A stretch of DNA of 62,126 bases from a virus (lineage: Duplodnaviria > Caudoviricetes): IMG/VR virus record IMGVR_UViG_3300045996_000468, positions 1 through 62,126 of that record; one strand, 5' to 3'. Position numbers and translations under genes: made by a program. The notes beneath the pieces were generated by a model that had not been told where the DNA came from, ran no database searches, and was given only the letters and a program-made list of their open reading frames with translations. Each line of letters starts with the position of its first letter. The stretch's first letter is position 1. Positions 55,545-62,126 of the stretch are shown here, piece after piece.

Positions 55545-56435
55545 TTATCCGAGAAGCCCGCCGACTGCTTTGACGATTTGATCCGCGCTCTTCTGCACGG
55601 TGACGCAAACGTCTTCGTTGCGGCGAAGTGTTTCGGCGTCTTCGACGCACAGTTCGTTGACGATGCGCTTCGTGATCTTTGCCAACTCCGGATCATCCGT
55701 GAGATTGAACGCCGGAAGCAATTTCGCAAGGTCGCGCACGTTGTCGACCAAGCTATTCATGAAGAATGCGCGCTTGCCGTCTTTCGGCTGCGTGTATTTC
55801 TTAAGCTGATCGTTCATGTGCCCGACGACTTCGACGATCTGGCGCGCCGTCTCTTGCAGCGTGTGACGCTCAACGTCGCGCGTCGTCTCTGCAAGTTCGT
55901 TGCGAAGCTGGTCGACAATATCGTCGTCCAATTGCTCGACGCGGAAGTCGCCAGCGTCGGGCAGCGGCAAGACAACCAAATCCATCTTGAAGCGCTTCCG
56001 CATTTCGGTTGGCGATGGATAGTCGCTATCCTTGAACATGCGACCGAGTTGCTTGCGCCGCTCGTCAACGTATGTCGCATAGTTTGCCGTGAACGTTGCC
56101 GCCTCACGCTCGAACTCGCGCTTGATCGTGCGGAACTGATTTGAGAAATCAACGAACAGCACGTTCGCGAGAATGCGCGGGCCTTCATCCATCCAAGGCA
56201 AGGTCATCGTATAGTGCAGTTCACGCGCCTGCCTTACGAGCGCGGTCAGCTTCGAAAGGTGCTTGCTGTCGATCAACAGCTTATTGTAACGGCCGGCATC
56301 GTTGGCCGCTTCGTGATCGGCGTTGACCTTTTCAGTCACGGCCTTGTCGACCTTGCGCGCGGTCCATTGCGAAATGTTGACCGATACCAGCACGGCCTTG
56401 CGGGACAGCGGCGTGGAGAGTTGCTTAGCGTTCAT
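55545..56435 (-). CDS. DUF3150-like protein
   Basis: A.LV...IS.W..RK.D, K.L, TLPW...G.R, YP...E.R.RF; sits between the AAA and VWA genes. Confidence 0.75.
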   Translation of the reverse strand: MNAKQLSTPLSRKAVLVSVNISQWTARKVDKAVTEKVNADHEAANDAGRYNKLLIDSKHLSKLTALVRQARELHYTMTLPWMDEGPRILANVLFVDFSNQFRTIKREFEREAATFTANYATYVDERRKQLGRMFKDSDYPSPTEMRKRFKMDLVVLPLPDAGDFRVEQLDDDIVDQLRNELAETTRDVERHTLQETARQIVEVVGHMNDQLKKYTQPKDGKRAFFMNSLVDNVRDLAKLLPAFNLTDDPELAKITKRIVNELCVEDAETLRRNEDVCVTVQKSADQIVKAVGGLLG

Positions 56436-56474
56436 GATTTGCTCCGTTATGTTTGTTTGGCGACTTCGGTTTGA

Positions 56475-57512
56475 TCAGGCGGCTTGAACGATCAGGTCTT
56501 GGTTTTTGATCGCCCAATTTGTATAGGCCGTCGTATTCTTCAGGCGCTTGTCGCGCGTCGTTGCGTCGTGAACGACCAGCAATTGAAACTCGCGCGGCAG
56601 TCGGTTGGCGTATGCGACGACGTTGTCGAAGTTCTTTGTCGTCGCCATGCGTGCGATCGCGGTGCAGATCGCATAGCGCAGTGAAGGCTCGCTAGGAATG
56701 AGCGCGTTCTGCGGATCGCGCACAAACTTTTCAACGTCGCCCACTGTCTCATACAGATCGAGGAACGCGTCGAAGTCGGCGGCGGCAACGTCGCCAACAT
56801 GGCCGGCGATCACGCCGAAGCGAATGTCGCGATCTGCATCGATGCACTCGCCAGCCTTTTCCCATGAGCGCGGCGTCGGGAACGAGTTTTCATCGCCCTT
56901 CGGCATCACGTGGAAAATATCGCGCTCGCGCAATTGCAGGAAGGCAACCAAGATCGGGCTAACGCCTTCGCGGTTAGCCCATTCCTTCCACGCTGCAAAG
57001 TCGGGCTTGACGTGAATATGCGCGAAGCGATTGCGCAACGCTGTCGGCATCCGCTGCGCGGCCGCTCGATCGCTCACGCGGTTGCCCGATGCGATGACCG
57101 TCCAGCCTTCCGGCAACACATAGTCACCGATGCGGCGTTCAAGCACCAAGCCCATCATGACCGCCATCATTTGCGTGGTGCCGGTGTTAATCTCGTCGAT
57201 ATACAGAATGCCGAACTCGCCATCGCGATCAACGCGCGGCAGTTCGTCGGGCACATACCATCGCGTCGTGCCGGTCTTTGCATCCGGCATCGGAATGCCG
57301 CGCACGTCGACCGGCTCGCGAATGTTGGTTTTGAATTCGATGATCTTGCACTTAAGTTCGCGGCCTAGCTGCCACACGCTTTGCGTCTTGCCGATGCCGG
57401 GCGCGCCCCACACCATGCAGGGGTGACGCTTGCCGACATAGAACTTCATCATCGCGTAGCACTGCGCGATCGTGTATTCGCGGGCGGACAGGTTTGTAAT
57501 TGCTGGCGACAT
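56475..57512 (-). CDS. MoxR-like AAA+ ATPase
   Basis: Walker A GAPGIGKT, Walker B LYIDEIN, SGNR..D, ALRNRF, PTPRSW. Confidence 0.93.
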   Translation of the reverse strand: MSPAITNLSAREYTIAQCYAMMKFYVGKRHPCMVWGAPGIGKTQSVWQLGRELKCKIIEFKTNIREPVDVRGIPMPDAKTGTTRWYVPDELPRVDRDGEFGILYIDEINTGTTQMMAVMMGLVLERRIGDYVLPEGWTVIASGNRVSDRAAAQRMPTALRNRFAHIHVKPDFAAWKEWANREGVSPILVAFLQLRERDIFHVMPKGDENSFPTPRSWEKAGECIDADRDIRFGVIAGHVGDVAAADFDAFLDLYETVGDVEKFVRDPQNALIPSEPSLRYAICTAIARMATTKNFDNVVAYANRLPREFQLLVVHDATTRDKRLKNTTAYTNWAIKNQDLIVQAA

Positions 57513-58277
57513 TGTTTTTTCTCCGTTGATGTTTGGCGACTTCGTTTTACTTTGTGACCGTGATCTTGATATCGATCGACGTGTAATCCTTTTCGGCAAT
57601 CGCTTGCCGAAGTTTCTCCTGCAACAGGCGATCGTCCAGCGCGTCATATGTCGGCGCGCTGATCGGATGCGGTTCGTCGGCGTATGTGAACTTGGCCTCG
57701 AACTTATATCTTCGGCTCATTGTCGTTTGCTCCGTTGTGTTGGCGACTTCGTTTCAGCGGTGAAGCATCATCGCGTAAATCGCGACCATGCTTGCGAGGA
57801 AGATCGCAGCGAGCGCGATATCGATCGCGGTTTGCAGCGTGGCGACTTGCTTGATGGTCATCTGGCGTTGTCCCTCTTGCGTTGTCGTGCATCAGCGCAC
57901 GGCGAAGCGGCGGGGCATGCCCGCCGCTCTAACTTGTGCTGATGTGATATCGTCCGCGCAATTTCCTTTGCTCACGAAATTGCGTGTCCGTACTCGTCCC
58001 TACTTTCCTTCCGAACACCTTCGCTGTCGTTATGGCGTGCAGCGTCACTGTTCGTCTGCGCATCTCTGCGCTTGGTTTGGTTTCGGTTTCGTTGGCCGCC
58101 GCCTTGTCGGGATTGCGTGATCAACGCAGTGCATCCGTTTCGGCTTCGTCGTCTTCGGTTCGGCCTTGCTACAGGTCCCCCACTTTAACCGGCTCTAGCG
58201 TAAATGAACGTCCTGCCGGTCAGTGGCCCCGGATCGTGAAGTAAGGCGAATGAAGCCCGCATCCGAGGGATCGAATA

Positions 58278-58313
58278 TGCCTAAATATAGGCGATTGCCC
58301 ATATATAGGCAAT
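58278..58313 (-). promoter_or_regulatory. sigma70-like early promoter (TTGCCT-N17-TATATT) overlapped by two tandem 18-bp quasi-palindromic boxes
   Basis: -35 at 58307-58312 and -10 at 58284-58289 on the - strand; boxes TGCCTAAATATAGGCGAT and TGCCCATATATAGGCAAT are 15/18 identical. Confidence 0.7.
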
Positions 58314-58466
58314 AGCGGTTTTCCGCCGAAAAACGGGGCATCTGGCCCGGCCCGGGGCGGTGGAAAGGGGCCTTGCCGTAGAAAGCCGGTATAGCGGCCG
58401 GGTTGCCCGTGTGGCATTGTGCCTGCGCCGGTTGATTTGGCAGGGTAAGCCGGCAGGGGCAAAGCA

Positions 58467-58658
58467 ATGGGGTGTAATTGCAAGCAGCGCGCGGCCGCAA
58501 TCGGTCGCGCGTTCAAGGCGATCAAGTCGCGCGATGAAAACGCAGCGCAGATCGTCAAGACTGAAGCGCGCGCAGTGATCACCAGCGCGATCGACGATGT
58601 GAGCAAGTTCAAGCAGCGCGTATCAGCAGCCAGATCGGCTTTGATGATGCGCCGATGA
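58467..58658 (+). CDS. Hypothetical protein (MGCNC start)
   Basis: AGGGG RBS; first gene of the rightward block. Confidence 0.5.
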   Translation: MGCNCKQRAAAIGRAFKAIKSRDENAAQIVKTEARAVITSAIDDVSKFKQRVSAARSALMMRR

Positions 58659-58853
58659 TGACGCTTGCGCGCTGGATCGTCGGATTTGCCGCCATGGTGA
58701 TTTGGTGTGGCGCGCTGGTGTTCGTCGTGCTGGCCGACGCATGCGATCACGCCGCCGAATGGTGTCGCAAGCAATCGCTCAAAGGCGATCCGATCAAGCG
58801 CGCCGGGCGATGGCTGTCTGATGCGCTCGATCGCGTGGCGAAGGATGATCGCC

Positions 58854-59417
58854 GTGATTGAATTGCAGATCGACGCGACGCAATGGAAGCGGCTTCAGGA
58901 AATGTACGCGCGCGCCTCGAAGAAAGCGCCGACCGCGCTTGCTCGCGCGCTCAATCGCGCCGGCAGCAAAGCCAAGACGAAAATGAAACGCGCGCTCGTT
59001 CCGCAGACGGGCTTGAAGTCGTCGACCATCAATCGCGCGCTGAAGTCAAAGAACGCGTTCGGCGCGGGCGGTCAGTTCGTCATCTACTCGCAGGGCGGCA
59101 ACATTCGGCTGAAGTTTTTCAAGCCGCGCGAGAAAGGCAAAGGCGTCGTCGCAAAGCCGTGGAACACGCCAACTGAATATCCCGGCGCGTTCACGCGTGG
59201 CGGCCGCAAAGGAAAACGCGTGCCGCTGCGGTTCGGCGGCGAAGTGAAGCGCCGCGCTGGCGGATCGCGACTGCCGATCAAAACCGTCAAGTCGGGATTG
59301 TTCATTCCGAAGGAAATGGTCACGAAGCAATCCGAAGCCGCGTTCTATGGCACGGCGCAAAGCGAGCTACCGAAAGAACTGTTGCATCAACTCAAATTCA
59401 TCTTGGGGAAGCTGTGA
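58854..59417 (+). CDS. Minor tail protein Z-like (neck/tail completion)
   Basis: ALARALN..G...K......QTGL, I.LK.F..RE...GV.A.PW, F..GG, R.G..RLPI....SG..IP.EM. Confidence 0.75.
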   Translation: MIELQIDATQWKRLQEMYARASKKAPTALARALNRAGSKAKTKMKRALVPQTGLKSSTINRALKSKNAFGAGGQFVIYSQGGNIRLKFFKPREKGKGVVAKPWNTPTEYPGAFTRGGRKGKRVPLRFGGEVKRRAGGSRLPIKTVKSGLFIPKEMVTKQSEAAFYGTAQSELPKELLHQLKFILGKL

Positions 59418-59509
59418 TGATGACGCACCTAGCATTGTTCGCGTACTTCGCCGCGTGCGCTGCCGCTGTCGTGCTGATCTGTTATCAGCCAACCGAACGG
59501 CGTTGATCT

Positions 59510-59710
59510 ATGACAACTCCGTCGATCGAATTCTATTGCAACAAAGCCGGCAAATGGTCGTGGCGTCTGCGCGCCGCGAACAATCGGATCATCTGCACGC
59601 CGGGCGAAGACTTTTGCAGCCGGCGCAATGCGATGAACAACTTCGCGGACGTTGTCGGTGTGATCAACAATCCGGCGACGCGCAGAGAAAACCGCGAGGC
59701 GAAAAAGTGA
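59510..59710 (+). CDS. YegP/DUF1508 family protein
   Basis: FY....G.W.WRL.A.N..II...GE....R.NA. Confidence 0.8.
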   Translation: MTTPSIEFYCNKAGKWSWRLRAANNRIICTPGEDFCSRRNAMNNFADVVGVINNPATRRENREAKK

Positions 59711-59948
59711 GCGCGTGGAAAATGAACGTCGCGCTGTTGATGCTGGTGCTGTGGTTCGCCGGGCTCGCGCTCTTCTGCGCATGGCAAGGCGACAACAAAT
59801 ACACGCTGCGCTATCAAACCGGCGAAGATCAGCAGCATCGATCCTATTATCTGTTCGCGCTCATGTTCGCATTGCTCGCGGTCGCCGCCGCAATGGTCGG
59901 CTTGTCGCGATTGCTGTTGCGCATGGCCGTGATCTTGGGGGCAACGTG

Positions 59949-60197
59949 ATGCACTCGATCGTCGTCGCGCTCGTTCTCGCATCAAGCGCCGCAATGGCGC
60001 ACGATGCGTCGACGACAGCGAAGGCGCACAGAAGCGATCGCCCGACAGAACTTCAGTGCGAGCAAAAGCCGCCGAAGACGTGCGACGAAGTTCGCGAATT
60101 CGTGCGCTGCTTTGGCAAGGTGCGATCGCGCATCATCGCGCGGTTCATGGGCGCGAGCGCGGCGGATATCAAACGCGCGGAGGAATGTCTGCGATGA
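59949..60197 (+). CDS. Secreted hypothetical protein
   Basis: Signal-peptide-like N-terminus (AMA-H); TC..VR..V...G...A..CL. Confidence 0.55.
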   Translation: MHSIVVALVLASSAAMAHDASTTAKAHRSDRPTELQCEQKPPKTCDEVREFVRCFGKVRSRIIARFMGASAADIKRAEECLR

Positions 60198-60395
60198 CGC
60201 GCGTGCGGCTGATCATGCAGGCGATCGGCTTCCTTTACGAGCGCTCGACGGTGTGGCGATTGTCGGCGTGCAGCGGCGTGCATCCTGCTTGCGATTGGCA
60301 CGTGAAGAACAAGAATGCGTGTTCGCGTTGCGTAAAAGCTAGACCAATGGAAAACGTGAAAGCGCTGGTAAAGCGCGCAATCGAGGAAACAGAAG

Positions 60396-61238
60396 ATGAC
60401 GGTCATTCAACGGCAGTGCGCAGCCTGCAAGAAAATGTTTCGGTGTGACGACGCATCAAAGGCGCGCGAATGCGGCTGGTGTATGCACGACGCACTGAAT
60501 GCGAACGCGATCGCTCACAAGCCCGCAGATCAATTCAACCCGATGCACGAAGGCGACGGTTGGGACGCGGCGTTGCGCGAGATTGAACAGCGCGCAAACG
60601 AAGATGACGGACTGAACTTCGGGCCGCACTACTTCGTCAGTGATGCGCTGTATGACGCGATGAAAGCGCAAGGCGTCAACATGAGCGCATATCGTCGATA
60701 TCAATATCCGAAGGTCAGTGAAGCGGCCATGACGACGTTCAAGCAGAATGACGATACCAGCGTATTCGCATTTCGTCTTGACGATGCGCCAGTCGATCCG
60801 CAATCGCTGCTGATCAACGGCATGAGCGCAGAAGAGTACGCGCGGCGCGATGATAGCGCGCTTGATGCGGTCAAGATCGTCGTTGATCCGTCCGACAAAA
60901 TGAAAACCATCGCGGCTCAAGTCGATCGCATGCGCAAAGAGCGCGAGAATGCGAAGCGCAAAAGCGAGGTGACGGACTTCGATGACTTGATGCGTTTTCG
61001 CGACGGCAAGGCGTCACGAGCGCTGCGTGAAGTCGATCGACGCATCGCAGAAGATCGCGCCGCGCTCGCGTTCAATCTGTGCGTCGCGCTCTATCGTCAG
61101 TGCATCATCAACGCGATCACGTTCATGTGCCCGATCGACGAAGCGCCATTGATGATAGATCAAAGCGGACGCTGGCCGACAACGCACGTCATTCGCGCGC
61201 TGCCGTGCAACGAAGGCGAAGGGGAGATTGCGATATGA
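60396..61238 (+). CDS. Hypothetical protein
   Basis: 280-aa ORF with GAGG RBS and N-terminal CxxC...CxxC. Confidence 0.55.
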   Translation: MTVIQRQCAACKKMFRCDDASKARECGWCMHDALNANAIAHKPADQFNPMHEGDGWDAALREIEQRANEDDGLNFGPHYFVSDALYDAMKAQGVNMSAYRRYQYPKVSEAAMTTFKQNDDTSVFAFRLDDAPVDPQSLLINGMSAEEYARRDDSALDAVKIVVDPSDKMKTIAAQVDRMRKERENAKRKSEVTDFDDLMRFRDGKASRALREVDRRIAEDRAALAFNLCVALYRQCIINAITFMCPIDEAPLMIDQSGRWPTTHVIRALPCNEGEGEIAI

Positions 61239-61999
61239 AGGGCGCGCCGTTCTCAAACCTAATTCGCAAATCATCAGGCGGTGGCGCTGGCGATGATCAC
61301 GCCGACGCAATGCTCGCGATGGATCGCGAAGACGAACACGAAGCGATCGATCGCGCTCACTGGAATGCGCACGTTGCGCGCATTCGATTGTTCAAGGTGA
61401 CGATCGGCATTTTGACGGCGTGTTTGCTGATCATCACAGCCGCAGCGGTGCTGCGATGACTGTGCCTCACGTGCCGTTGCTGGTGGCCGCTGTCGCTCTA
61501 TACGCATGGTGCATCCTATGACGACGACAATGAAGGGCGAATGCGAGCATTGTCTAAACAAAGACAAGAGCCGCTATCGCACGCAATGCAAGTATGTTGG
61601 CGACTATCCATCGCGCCGCGCCTTCGTGCTGTCGACGTTTGATGCGCCGTGTGTATGCGATGCGTTCGACATTGCTCGATCACATCGCACGCTCATGCAG
61701 CGGCTTAGGCGCGTGCGCTGTTGGTTGCGCGGGTATCATCGCGACACGCCGACGATTGGCGCATTCCGTTATGACGTTGATGGCATGTGCTGCGACTGCG
61801 GAAGAGTAGGCACGGGACACAGCGAAAGGGGCGAGTGATGAAGCCGACAACGATCGTATCAATGACAATGACCTTTGTGGTGGCTGTCACCGGGTTCGTA
61901 TTCGGCTGGCTCACAGCGGAGCTAGCGGACACGACTGTTCGGCTGTTCGCATCGATGCTTGCAGGGTGACAGCGTGGGGCGCTTCCCCTTCCCGTGGTG

Positions 62000-62125
62000 A
62001 AGGCATGCACTGCATACGAATGAGCGCCAACAGGGCGCGGTGACACACAGCGAGACGCAAGAGAATGGCGCGAGAAAAACGATCAGGGACCGTAGCCCGA
62101 CGCGGTCCATCGCGCCGAAACGCGG
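62000..62125. repeat. Terminal direct repeat, right copy
   Basis: Identical to 1-126. Confidence 0.95.
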
Positions 62126-62126
62126 G

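Noticed and set aside
62000-62126. Biological direct terminal repeat (T7-like)
   Set aside because: The length matches a common assembler k-mer overlap and the terminase is lambda gpA-type; treated as an assembly overlap unless reads show otherwise.

Overview
This window is an apparently complete, circularly assembled tailed-phage genome of about 62.0 kb; positions 1-126 recur at 62000-62125. It is GC-rich, and the host is probably an alphaproteobacterium (GapR-like and XRE proteins, scarce GANTC). The + strand from 1.8 to 31.6 kb encodes a lambda-type head (Nu1/gpA terminase, portal, S49 protease, decoration protein, gpE capsid), a 6.5 kb accessory insert (thioredoxin, DUF1996, a 999-aa repeat protein), a Mu-type contractile tail and baseplate, and a muramidase lysis cassette. 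The 31.6-58.2 kb region is mostly - strand early genes: RecE/RecT, XRE regulators, RuvC-like and DEDDh nucleases, replication proteins, tRNA-Glu and a MoxR AAA/DUF3150/VWA module. I could not recognise an integrase. The main finding is at 40579-42240 (- strand). A Cas7/RAMP-like gene and a small accessory gene are followed by a ~475-nt non-coding array of 5-nt steps (GGY-like triplet plus variable dinucleotide), cut into units by GGCAGGC. Reading each dinucleotide as codon positions 1-2 and skipping the wobble base, units spell conserved motifs of other mobile elements: VAIYTRVST (serine recombinase active site), MKNYVQPG (DUF2190 capsid-cement N-terminus) and possibly RIYRYY. This points to a non-CRISPR RNA-guided anti-competitor system with a gapped targeting code. 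All family assignments come from motif recognition by eye; no database searches were run.
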